DNA of 64,000 nt from Candidatus Geocrenenecus sp. JGI 0000106-J15 (GTDB lineage: Archaea > Thermoproteota > Nitrososphaeria_A > Caldarchaeales > Wolframiiraptoraceae): assembly GCA_000405685.1 (NCBI GenBank), contig ASPF01000013.1:11055-75054 (forward strand), read 5' to 3'. Each line of letters starts with the position of its first letter. Position 1 is the first letter of the stretch. The translations under genes and the position numbers were made by a program. The notes beneath the pieces were generated by a model, which ran no database searches, was not told the DNA's origin, and worked only from the letters and a program-made list of their open reading frames with translations. Positions 8,485 through 17,623 of this stretch are shown one piece after another.

Positions 8485-9906
8485 CTAATGTATTTGGAAG
8501 CTTATTAATAACGGGATGGGCGACGGGTTCATCCTCCCTAAGAAGTAGAAGTGTCCTTCAGGTAGGGTCAACAAGGTCTCAGGAGAGATGTAGTAGGATG
8601 CAGCTAGCTTCTGGGCTTCTTCTACGTCTAGTGGATGAATTCTTCCAATGAACTGTGTATTTAGATTTCTTCTTACAGCAGCGTTTAGCCCTATCTCTCC
8701 CGCCATCCCTTGAGATAAAATTACTATAGATAAACCATAGCTTCTACCTAAGGCACATAGATCTATGATCATGTCCGTTGTATCCTTCTCCATTCCTCTC
8801 GGCTGCCAAGGAGCATACTGTGGTCCCTCATCGATTATTAGAGCAATATTTAGGGTCTGCTTCCTCTCCATTAATTTTTTTAAGTATTTTGTTATCGCTG
8901 TAAAGACTGCGAGTTTCTGTTCTTTAATTCCTCTACTCATGTCTATAACAACGGCTCCTCTGTCTTTTACTTTTGAAACTATTTCCCAGGGCTCTATTGT
9001 TCCAAGGAACTTCTCAAAATCTTCTTCTGTTATTGTTTCAAAAGATGATTCAAGCCTACTCATTTGAAGCGTTTTAGTATCTTCTTTTACCCCTGGAGAA
9101 CTTGTTATGATATGTCTAGCTTTTTGTAGTATTAGTTCACGGCTAACCGAGGGGTCTCTACCTCTCCAATCTACCTGTCTTAAAGCTGTCTCAACAGCTG
9201 CTGCCACTGGGTTTTCTTCTCTATCATAGTATCCAAAGTTTCTAGTTATTGTTCCGAAATATTTTATAACTGTCTGATTATCTACTTTTATCTGGTCTAA
9301 AGTTATCATTGACTCAAAGTATGGAGCATAATCGCTTCCTTTCCAATCCATAACTATTACATCATACCCAGCCCTCCTGAGTAGAGGTATGATCTCATAT
9401 CTTGTTAGATAGCTTTTTCCTGACCCAGTTACGCCGAAGACTCCTATATGATAATTTATGTATTCCTTGAGGACTGGGACCTTCCATCTCGGTCTCCCCC
9501 AGTAGTGTCCGATGAACAATTCACTCTTTCCAAGATACTGCATAGGGCTATCTTCGTCTGTGAATATCTCAACTGTTGAGGTTGGAGCAATTATAATTCG
9601 ATTCTGAGAGATACCGTCGTCATTTATCTCGCCTATTACTTGAAGTTTAAACAGAAAATATTCTTTTACACTACTAGGAATTCTCCTACTCTTAGCATAG
9701 GCTACGCCAGGTGTGAAGGTTCCAGTTCTTAAGCTCTCATTAATCCCTAATCCTCCTCTGCATACTGCTAATACATCCCCGCCATTCTTATTCTTGATTA
9801 ATACTAGGCTTTCATTTTTTACTTCTTTCTCCATTCCATCATATAAGACAACTGTAGCACTAGACTCGCTTGTACCACTACATACAATGCCGATCGGGGT
9901 AGGCAT
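8485..9906 (-). CDS. herA: HerA-type hexameric ATPase/helicase (DUF87)
   Basis: N-terminal HAS-barrel-like region, Walker A GVTGSGKSY, Walker B ALIIDEGPQYAP, and pairing with nurA. Confidence 0.85.
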   Translation of the reverse strand: MPTPIGIVCSGTSESSATVVLYDGMEKEVKNESLVLIKNKNGGDVLAVCRGGLGINESLRTGTFTPGVAYAKSRRIPSSVKEYFLFKLQVIGEINDDGISQNRIIIAPTSTVEIFTDEDSPMQYLGKSELFIGHYWGRPRWKVPVLKEYINYHIGVFGVTGSGKSYLTRYEIIPLLRRAGYDVIVMDWKGSDYAPYFESMITLDQIKVDNQTVIKYFGTITRNFGYYDREENPVAAAVETALRQVDWRGRDPSVSRELILQKARHIITSSPGVKEDTKTLQMSRLESSFETITEEDFEKFLGTIEPWEIVSKVKDRGAVVIDMSRGIKEQKLAVFTAITKYLKKLMERKQTLNIALIIDEGPQYAPWQPRGMEKDTTDMIIDLCALGRSYGLSIVILSQGMAGEIGLNAAVRRNLNTQFIGRIHPLDVEEAQKLAASYYISPETLLTLPEGHFYFLGRMNPSPIPLLISFQIH

Positions 9907-10036
9907 CTCGATTTAAACTATTTCAGAGTTTCATAAAATGATTTCTATATACTGGCTGGCCAAATAAAGCCTCAATCCAGAGATGAGATAAACTTAAAAA
10001 CCGCTTATATAGGATAGGGACGAGGGCTGGGCGGCC

Positions 10037-10150
10037 ATGAGTATAGAAAGCTTCATAGACTTACTTTACAGTTCTCTTTTCTGGATTTCCATCTTAACTT
10101 TCATATTGATTATAGCGTATATTCTATATAAAGAGATTTCAAAAAGGTAA
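10037..10150 (+). CDS. Possible 37-aa single-pass membrane peptide
   Basis: MSIESFIDLLYSSLFWISILTFILIIAYILYKEISKR. It has an ATG start and sits just upstream of priS. There is no homology evidence. Confidence 0.2.
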   Translation: MSIESFIDLLYSSLFWISILTFILIIAYILYKEISKR

Positions 10151-10169
10151 AGACTTAACAACTACGTGA

Positions 10170-11438
10170 ATGCATGCTACTATAGAATCAACCTTGTTAA
10201 CACAGGCTGATCAAAAATTCGTAGAATCACTATTCAAGAGATATTATCTAGAGAAAGCAGGCACTGTCTATGTCCCTGAGAAGATAAGTGAAAGAGAATT
10301 CGGATACTTCCCATTTGAAGAAAAAACTATGATTCGGCATCTCTACATAGAGTCATCAGAGAAGCTAGGAGAATTTCTTATAAAGAATAACCCTCTCCAC
10401 GTATATCATTCAGCAGCATTCTATAAGTATCCTGGTGCACCGATGGAGGAGAAAGAATGGATAGGAGCAGAACTAGCATTTGATATAGATGCAGACCATC
10501 TTAAAACACCATGTAGGAAGAAACATGACTTCAAAGTATGTTCAAAATGTTTCATAACTTACCCAGCTCAAGTAGATAGATGTAGTAAGTGTGGAGGAGT
10601 ATTAACAGATGTAGAATGGGTTTGTGAATTATGCTTAGAAGCAGCAAAACAGGAAACAAGGAAGCTACTAGACTTTCTAGAGAGAGACCTAGGCTTTAAG
10701 AAGATTAGGATAGTCTTCTCAGGTAATAGAGGCTACCATATAGTTGTCATGGATGAAGAAGTCCTAGAGCTTGGACAGCAAGAAAGGAAAGAGATAGTAG
10801 ACTACATTACTGGAACAGGTATTTCATTAAGAATAATGGGGTTAATTGAAGACCCTAAAAAAGATAGAGCAACCCAGATAAGTGGACCAGACATCTCTGA
10901 CCCAGGTTGGAGAGGTAGAATAGCTCGAGCCTCAGTTCAACTAGCTTTAGTAACTAATGCTTCTGAATTATCTGAATTATTATCGATAGACCATAGACAG
11001 GTTGAAAAGTATACTGATGTTTTAAGACAACACTCAGAAGAGTGGAGTGAACGCTGTGCATGGGATACGCTTCCAAGAAACATGGTGAAAATATTAGGGG
11101 AGGCAGCAGTAAAATATGCTTCTGCAAAAATCGATGTCGTAGTTACATCGGATATTCATAGATTGATTAGGCTTGCAAACACACTTAACGGTAAGTCAGG
11201 ACTAATAGCTAAAATAATTCAGCTAAATGAACTTGAGGATTTCGACCCATTCTTCCAAGCTACTGCATTACCGTATGATAGGACGGTTGATATACATGTT
11301 CTAAAGTCTCCAGGATTCAAGATGCTTGGAGAAGAGTTTGGACCCTACGAGAATACCAGTACTCGACTACCAGTTTCGGTGGCCGTACTCCTTATATTAA
11401 AGAACTTAGCTAGTATATCAAAACCCTCCGCCAATTAA
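10170..11438 (+). CDS. priS: DNA primase small (catalytic) subunit PriS
   Basis: Catalytic FDIDADH, Zn-knuckle CSKC..CSKCGG, SGNRGYHIVV, and DVVVTSDIHRLIRLANTLNGKSG. Confidence 0.9.
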   Translation: MHATIESTLLTQADQKFVESLFKRYYLEKAGTVYVPEKISEREFGYFPFEEKTMIRHLYIESSEKLGEFLIKNNPLHVYHSAAFYKYPGAPMEEKEWIGAELAFDIDADHLKTPCRKKHDFKVCSKCFITYPAQVDRCSKCGGVLTDVEWVCELCLEAAKQETRKLLDFLERDLGFKKIRIVFSGNRGYHIVVMDEEVLELGQQERKEIVDYITGTGISLRIMGLIEDPKKDRATQISGPDISDPGWRGRIARASVQLALVTNASELSELLSIDHRQVEKYTDVLRQHSEEWSERCAWDTLPRNMVKILGEAAVKYASAKIDVVVTSDIHRLIRLANTLNGKSGLIAKIIQLNELEDFDPFFQATALPYDRTVDIHVLKSPGFKMLGEEFGPYENTSTRLPVSVAVLLILKNLASISKPSAN

Positions 11439-11504
11439 TGTAGAGAAGAATATAATGCCGTAGCTAGAGAAGCAATTTTATTATCCGAGTATTATTCTTA
11501 AATA

Positions 11505-11999
11505 TTGAGGATGTCAGGCGAAGTATCAATATATGAGCTTGTTTATGAGCTTTGGAGGATAGAGAACTCGACAGATGAGTTAGGGAAGCTTCCAGAAGGA
11601 TTTGAAGAAAAGTTAAGAGAATATTTCTCAAGATTAAAAAGTTATCTTAGAATCTCAGATAAGATGATGTTATCTACTAGTCTAAGGGAGGCTGAGGTAG
11701 ATGCAGTATCTAAACTTGTGCAATCATTATTTGAGATTAGGTTGGCGAAGATTATTAGAGCGGTCGAGTCTGGTTCATATCCTGAAACTATGTCAGGGTT
11801 TGAGAAGAATATATACATGTCTCTTCATAGAATCTTAACAGAACATAGAAAATATGTTGAATCAATAATCATGGCGACATCATATAGTGGATGGAATATT
11901 ATTGAATCGAATTATGATGTAGTCTGCTTTCAGCAGGATTTCCCTCAGATTGTTGGAGAAGACTTGAAGACTTATGGTCCATTCAAGCGATTGGCTTAA
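11505..11999 (+). CDS. GINS subunit (Gins51/Gins15 family)
   Basis: N-terminal helical A-domain pattern (YELVYELWRIENSTDELGKLPEGFEEKLREYF...RLAKII) and a C-terminal B-domain start (FPQIVGEDLKTYGPF). It is adjacent to priS, as in many archaea. The C-terminus may be short. Confidence 0.55.
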   Translation: MRMSGEVSIYELVYELWRIENSTDELGKLPEGFEEKLREYFSRLKSYLRISDKMMLSTSLREAEVDAVSKLVQSLFEIRLAKIIRAVESGSYPETMSGFEKNIYMSLHRILTEHRKYVESIIMATSYSGWNIIESNYDVVCFQQDFPQIVGEDLKTYGPFKRLA

Positions 12000-13782
12000 A
12001 GCTCTCATAGTAATGCTTAGACCATTTAAAGATGCAAGATTAAACAGTAGTGAAGATATCTTAGAAGCCTTATCTAGGCTTTCAGGAATAATTATTGAAG
12101 ATAAAGCTGGAACATTTATAGGTGCTAGAATGGGTAGACCAGAAAAAGCTGCTCAGAGAGAGATGAGTCCTCCTGTAAATCTACTATTTCCAATAGGATC
12201 AAATGGAGGCCCCTCAAGGGACTTCATAAATGCATTAAATAATAATGAGAAGATTACCGTTGAACTTGTTAAGAGACGATGTTCAAGCTGTAACAAAAAG
12301 ACCTGGACTCATAAATGCCCTGAGTGTAGAATACCAACAGAAATAATCGGAGAATGTGAGTCATGCGGTTTCGAGAAAAGATATGATGAAGAAACAGTAT
12401 GTGAGAAATGTGGAGGAAACATTACATATTATGAAAAATATGTAATAAACATAGCTGAGAAGTTATATGAAGTATCTAGAGAGATCAACGATCCTCTACC
12501 TGGAAAGATTAAAGGGGTTAAAGGGTTAAATAGCTTAACAAAGACTCCTGAAGACTTGGCTAAGGGGATTTTAAGAGCTAAACATGAACTCTATGTATAC
12601 AAGGATGGAACTATAAGATTTGATGTTACAAATGCCCCTCTGACCCATTTTAAACCAGGTCAGATAGGAACATCGGTCGATAAGCTGAGAAAACTAGGCT
12701 ATACACATGATATATTCGGGGAGCCGCTAACCTCCCCAGAGCAGATTCTAGAATTAAGAATTCAAGACGTAATTATACCTCGTAAAGCAGCAGAGCATCT
12801 ATTAAGAGTATCTAGATTTATCGATGACGAGCTTAAGAAGCTTGCAGGGATGGAGCCATACTATAATTGGGAGAAGCCTGAAGATATCATAGGAGAGCTA
12901 ATAGTAGTTTTGTCTCCACATACATATGCTGGATCAGTTGCAAGGGTAGTAGGTATAATTGATGGCCTTATATGTTTCGCTCATCCAGTGCTTCATGCTG
13001 CAAAAAGAAGAGATTGTGATGGAGATGAAGACAGCATTATGCTTCTACTTGATCCTTTAATCAATTTCTCAAGACTATATCTACCAAATAGAGTGGGTGG
13101 AAGAATGGATTCCCCCCTCCTTATAACTTCAATAGTATATCCAGAAGAAGTGGATGAACAAGCCCATAACCTAGATGTAGTTGAAGCATATCCTCTAGAA
13201 TTTTATAGAAAAGCTAGGAAAAATGAACATGTATCGAATATAGTGAGGATTATTCCAACTATTAAGAACTATTTAGAGAAACCTGAAGCTTTTGCTGGAT
13301 GTAGGTTCACTCATCCTCAAAGCCTACTGGTAACTAGTGTAAAAGAGTCTGCATATAAGAAACACTCATCAATGCTAGGCAAAATTATAGGACAGATAGA
13401 AATTGCTGAAAGATTAGCTGGAGTAGATGTTAGTTTAATGGTGGAGAAGATCATGGAGACTCATCTACTTCCAGATATAGTTGGAAATGCTAGAGCATTC
13501 TTTACACAAGAGTTTAGATGTAAGCGATGTGGATCAAAGTATCGTAGACTCCCAATAACTAGCAGATGCTATAATTGTGGAGATGAATTGAAGCAGACTG
13601 TCTATAGAGGAGCTGTAGAAAAATACGTTGAACTTACACAAGAACTTCTTGGAAAATATGTTAAGAACCAGTATTTAAGAGAACAAGCCCTCATAGCTCT
13701 TGAAGGCATAAAGAAGATACTATCAAAAGAAGAGCTGTCTGAAGCGTCTGGAAGACAGGTCTCCTTGGAAAAGTTTATGTGA
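11974..13782 (+). CDS. DNA polymerase D large subunit (DP2), C-terminal half only
   Basis: GARMGRPEKA, a Zn-finger cluster CSSCNKK..CPEC..CESCG..CEKCGG, the catalytic acidic loop AAKRRDCDGDEDS, and the C-terminal Zn finger CKRCGSKY..CYNCG. It is 602 aa, versus roughly 1100-1300 aa for full-length DP2. Confidence 0.85.
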   Translation: MVHSSDWLKALIVMLRPFKDARLNSSEDILEALSRLSGIIIEDKAGTFIGARMGRPEKAAQREMSPPVNLLFPIGSNGGPSRDFINALNNNEKITVELVKRRCSSCNKKTWTHKCPECRIPTEIIGECESCGFEKRYDEETVCEKCGGNITYYEKYVINIAEKLYEVSREINDPLPGKIKGVKGLNSLTKTPEDLAKGILRAKHELYVYKDGTIRFDVTNAPLTHFKPGQIGTSVDKLRKLGYTHDIFGEPLTSPEQILELRIQDVIIPRKAAEHLLRVSRFIDDELKKLAGMEPYYNWEKPEDIIGELIVVLSPHTYAGSVARVVGIIDGLICFAHPVLHAAKRRDCDGDEDSIMLLLDPLINFSRLYLPNRVGGRMDSPLLITSIVYPEEVDEQAHNLDVVEAYPLEFYRKARKNEHVSNIVRIIPTIKNYLEKPEAFAGCRFTHPQSLLVTSVKESAYKKHSSMLGKIIGQIEIAERLAGVDVSLMVEKIMETHLLPDIVGNARAFFTQEFRCKRCGSKYRRLPITSRCYNCGDELKQTVYRGAVEKYVELTQELLGKYVKNQYLREQALIALEGIKKILSKEELSEASGRQVSLEKFM

Positions 13783-13834
13783 AATGGCCAATTCGGGTAA
13801 GAATTATCTAGAAGATCGAAGAATAATACTATAG

Positions 13835-14104
13835 ATGGTCGAGGTCAATCCGAGGGCATACCTGGCGAGGATTCGGAATGTCAAGAAGGGAGTGAATATA
13901 AGATCTAGAATACTTGAATTAATAAGCTCGAAACCATTAACGATCAAGAAGATAGCTGAACGGGTTGGTAGAAGTCGCTCGTCAATAAGAAGACATTTAA
14001 AGAATATGGAGGCTGAAGGGATCGTTAGATCTCAAAGATATAAGGGTAGGACTATCTGGATGACTACTGGTATAGGTCAGAAAGCTATCGAGGAAGTATA
14101 CTAG
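13835..14104 (+). CDS. Winged-helix (ArsR/MarR-like) transcriptional regulator
   Basis: RSRILELISSKPLTIKKIAERVGRSRSSIRRHLKNMEAEGIV is a typical wHTH. Confidence 0.6.
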   Translation: MVEVNPRAYLARIRNVKKGVNIRSRILELISSKPLTIKKIAERVGRSRSSIRRHLKNMEAEGIVRSQRYKGRTIWMTTGIGQKAIEEVY

Positions 14105-14268
14105 AAGAATATGTTTGCAATTATGACCATCACGATCATTAACGATGTAAGGATCAGTACTAACTCGGCTTTGATCTTTATACCTTTAATTTCTTCTTCA
14201 AAGAATCTTAGAAGACCTGCAGCTGACTGAGGCATAGGTGCTTCTCTTCTCTTTTTCCTAGCACTCAA
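14101..14268 (-). CDS. Preprotein translocase subunit Sec61beta (archaeal SecG)
   Basis: Not in the ORF track (55 aa). The translation is LSARKKRREAPMPQSAAGLLRFFEEEIKGIKIKAELVLILTSLMIVMVIIANIFF: a basic N-terminus, the AGL(L/I)R(F/Y) motif, and a C-terminal TM tail anchor. The start is TTG at 14268, or alternatively ATG at 14235. Confidence 0.7.
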   Translation of the reverse strand: MSARKKRREAPMPQSAAGLLRFFEEEIKGIKIKAELVLILTSLMIVMVIIANIFF

Positions 14269-14359
14269 CAATCCGTCACCATCAGAGAATAGTTAAGACT
14301 TTCTAATAAATACTTCTATCAATGTTAAGAGCTAACTATCTATCTTCGATAGATGGAGC

Positions 14360-15361
14360 TTAATAAAGGGTGGTCTGATCTGCCTCAAAGATAGGCTTAG
14401 CATTGATTCCTCTACTTCTAAGACTCTTAGAAAACTCCTTAGCATATCCATAGATCGTGTAAACTTGTTTAGGTTGGCTCTCTAAAATATACCGAACTAG
14501 CCCATCATAATCTGAATGCCCACTAAGTGGAAAAGATATATCATAATTAGGATATCGATATCTTAAAGCCCATCCTGTGGCCACAGCCCATCGAACCTTC
14601 CTGCTTGTAGGCAGTTCTTCTTTAAAGCTTGAAACATATACGCATTCTCCCTGCTTCAATCTTTCTATGCCTTCAACTTTATTTATTGGAATATAATCTA
14701 GAGATACTTTATGTTCAATGTATTTTTCAGATATTCTAGCTACTGGATTGCTTACAATTACTGGAACGTCTAGGTAAGTATTGACTATACGTATGATTTC
14801 TTGACTCTTCCCTATAGAATAGACCTTGAATGCAGGTATCTCATCTGACGAGATAGTCTTGAGAATCCATTTAACGATATCCGCATATATCTTCTCTCTA
14901 TTAGGAAATCTATAATATGGTATCCCGTAAGTTGACTCAATTATAAGTATGTCGGATTCTATTGGCCTTGCACCTTCATGTATTATGGTATCATAGATAT
15001 TGAGATCGCCTGTATAGACTATTCTTAATCCATCAGAATCAATAACGTATTGAGCTGAACCTAGAACATGTCCAGAAGACCTCATTGAAATCTCTAACCC
15101 TTCTCCGATTCTAAGCTTCCCTCCATACTTTAGGATAGTCCAATCACCTTTTCTCCCGATAGCTCTCAATATTGAAGCTGTTTCTTCGCTCATTACAACG
15201 TTCTTCAAAGATAATCTATAAGCATGGTCTAGATGTGCATGGGAGATAAATTGGATACTGCCACTAAGAGGCTTAGTATCAAAAACTAATCTTGAATCTT
15301 TGATTTCTAAGATGAATCCGCTGCTCCCAAGGATTCTCAAGTCACTCAATCTATATTTCAT
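14360..15361 (-). CDS. MBL-fold metallo-hydrolase, beta-CASP-like nuclease family
   Basis: HAHLDH metal motif, SSGHVLGSA, TGD, ESTYG and a C-terminal SGHSD; ~330 aa. Confidence 0.6.
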   Translation of the reverse strand: MKYRLSDLRILGSSGFILEIKDSRLVFDTKPLSGSIQFISHAHLDHAYRLSLKNVVMSEETASILRAIGRKGDWTILKYGGKLRIGEGLEISMRSSGHVLGSAQYVIDSDGLRIVYTGDLNIYDTIIHEGARPIESDILIIESTYGIPYYRFPNREKIYADIVKWILKTISSDEIPAFKVYSIGKSQEIIRIVNTYLDVPVIVSNPVARISEKYIEHKVSLDYIPINKVEGIERLKQGECVYVSSFKEELPTSRKVRWAVATGWALRYRYPNYDISFPLSGHSDYDGLVRYILESQPKQVYTIYGYAKEFSKSLRSRGINAKPIFEADQTTLY

Positions 15362-15438
15362 TAAATATTAGGATGTTCTTAATATTTTCTTGACATATGA
15401 TTTATTTAGTAGTTTTACCGAACAATTAATAAATCCCT

Positions 15439-17205
15439 ATGGTTAGTGGATACATGAAAAAATTGAAGAAGGAAAACCATACATCGAAGCTGGCCTCACT
15501 CTATCCATACATTAAAGGACTGCCAGGCAGAGGAAACCTCCTAGGGTTGACTGTTACCTTCACTACTATTACAATAATCTTAGCTTCGTTAGCAGACTGG
15601 ACGATAAGCTGGGCACCTGCCTTATCTTTTTACTCAATAACTATCCTTAATTGTCTATTTTCTAAAGTGGATAGAGGATTAATAAATTTTAGGAGACTTA
15701 ATGGGTTAACATTAGTAGAGATGATACTTAATGGTCTTGGATTAGCTATTCTGCATCTAATTAGTGTTTTTGCTAAGTCTCATGTAAGTGGTCTCATTAT
15801 ATTTTCATCCTTTACAGCTCTAGCTACCTTACTGAGAGGTCTAGTGGTAAAAGTTCTCACAGAAGATGATTTATTATACACTTTAAAATACTCTAGCGTA
15901 GTCTCAGGACTCCTAATTCTTCCGTTTCTGACTCCTAGTTTAAATAATCTTCTAATACCGATGCTTGTTGGACAAATTACAGGAAATCTTTTACATATCT
16001 TTTACTCTTCGATTATTAACCACTTTTCTAGAATTCATGGATTAAAGCCTATAAAACTCTTATCAGCAATGTTGGCTATATTTCTTGATGGAAAGAAGGA
16101 ATCTTTAGAGAATTTAGCAGAGAAACTTAACACTAGATCAGATATCACTGTTGAATGTCTTGTTTTCAGAGAAGTAGAGAGAAGAAATATAGAAATAGCA
16201 TTCATAATACCTGACTTTCACCCTGGACCTTTTAGAGATTTTGGTAGCAGCATACTCCCATATCTAATCGATGAGAAGCTCTCAAGTAAAGGTATCAAGA
16301 CTGTGATTGCAAGAGGACTCTCAGATCACTCTAAGAACATTATCTCTAGGAGAGACTGTGAATTCATAGCTGAAGAGATTTCAAATAAAATAATTAATTG
16401 TAATTCTAACTATTCTAGGAGAATCGGCTTAGCAAAGATTTTAAAATATGGATCTGCTACAGCTTCTCTAATACCGATTGGGGATGCATCACTCGTATTG
16501 CTGACTCTTCATCCAAAAGGTATGGAAGATATACCTCCCCAAGTAATGGATGGAATAAAAAGAGATGATATAATCGTGATTGATACTCATAATAGTTTTT
16601 CAGAAGATGTTAAAGAACTAGATGGGAACGGCTTCAAAGACATTAGGAATCTATTGACCATGGCATCAGAGACTATAGTTGAGAAGAGCTCACAGATTCA
16701 AGTTGGATATAGTGAAAGCATGATAGAAGGATACGGTCTAGAGGATGGTATAGGTCCACTAGGTGTAAGAGTCTTAACATTTAGAAATGATAATCATTTT
16801 ACTGCAATAATCGTACTCGACAGTAATAATGCTGTACCAGAGATCCGTGAAAGAATACTTGAAGATGCTTCAGACCTAGGCGTAGATCACTGTGAAGTCT
16901 TAACAACTGATACCCATATAGTGAATGGCATCAAGCTAGGGGGCAGAGGATACCACCCTCTCGGGGAGGTAATTCCTATAGAAGTAGTATCATCATCAGT
17001 AACTCAAGCTTTAAAGAGAGCTATGTCAAACCTGAAGGAGATGGAGGTCTCAAGAGTCTCAACCGTATTCAGAAATGTTAAAGTGATGTCCAATGACTTT
17101 TTAGCAGAAGCTGCAGAGAAAACTTTCAAATCTCTCAGACTCTTTTACATAACTATATTGTTAACTTTAACTGCTTCTGGATTGATTACCTTATTTTTGG
17201 TTTGA
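15439..17205 (+). CDS. Multi-pass membrane protein with a large soluble C-terminal domain (DUF2070-like, tentative)
   Basis: About 200 aa of hydrophobic helices, then a ~350 aa soluble domain and a terminal TM helix. The family assignment is from memory of this architecture only. Confidence 0.4.
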   Translation: MVSGYMKKLKKENHTSKLASLYPYIKGLPGRGNLLGLTVTFTTITIILASLADWTISWAPALSFYSITILNCLFSKVDRGLINFRRLNGLTLVEMILNGLGLAILHLISVFAKSHVSGLIIFSSFTALATLLRGLVVKVLTEDDLLYTLKYSSVVSGLLILPFLTPSLNNLLIPMLVGQITGNLLHIFYSSIINHFSRIHGLKPIKLLSAMLAIFLDGKKESLENLAEKLNTRSDITVECLVFREVERRNIEIAFIIPDFHPGPFRDFGSSILPYLIDEKLSSKGIKTVIARGLSDHSKNIISRRDCEFIAEEISNKIINCNSNYSRRIGLAKILKYGSATASLIPIGDASLVLLTLHPKGMEDIPPQVMDGIKRDDIIVIDTHNSFSEDVKELDGNGFKDIRNLLTMASETIVEKSSQIQVGYSESMIEGYGLEDGIGPLGVRVLTFRNDNHFTAIIVLDSNNAVPEIRERILEDASDLGVDHCEVLTTDTHIVNGIKLGGRGYHPLGEVIPIEVVSSSVTQALKRAMSNLKEMEVSRVSTVFRNVKVMSNDFLAEAAEKTFKSLRLFYITILLTLTASGLITLFLV

Positions 17206-17274
17206 CCAAGTTTTAAATAATAGAAAAATTTTATTTCACTGAGCCTGGATCTATTCAAAGAGGTTAGAGAGGGT

Positions 17275-17544
17275 TTGGGTAGAGCCATGGTCATAGTTGG
17301 AAAGAAGCCTAAGATGAGATATGTTACTGCATGTATAACTCTATTTAACAAGGGTGAGAAAGAGATCCTGCTTAGAGCTAGGGGTAGAAGCATTAATAAT
17401 TGTATAGATGTTGCATTCCTACTTAAGAAGAGCTTCTACTCTGATTTAAAGATAAAGAATATAGCTATTGGGTATGATGAGGCAGAATTAGAAGGGAATA
17501 GAAGAAGATACGTAAGCTTTATCGAGATACTGGTATCTAGATAA
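17275..17544 (+). CDS. albA: DNA/RNA-binding protein Alba
   Basis: VIVGKKPKMRYVTACITLFNKGEKEILLRARGRSINNCIDVA matches the Alba consensus; 89 aa. Confidence 0.85.
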   Translation: MGRAMVIVGKKPKMRYVTACITLFNKGEKEILLRARGRSINNCIDVAFLLKKSFYSDLKIKNIAIGYDEAELEGNRRRYVSFIEILVSR

Positions 17545-17623
17545 TTCAAGGTAGGATTCATACTTAACTAGAATAGATCCCTCACATAACTAAAGAGTTA
17601 TAGAGTTAAATGATATTGAAATA

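Noticed and set aside
11974-12080. A split-intein C-fragment at the start of the DP2 C-terminal ORF, as in the split PolB of Nanoarchaeum
   Set aside because: The first ~35 residues (MVHSSDWLKALIVMLRPFKDARLNSSEDILEALS) lack the terminal His-Asn followed by a Cys/Ser/Thr junction, and lack intein block F/G features.
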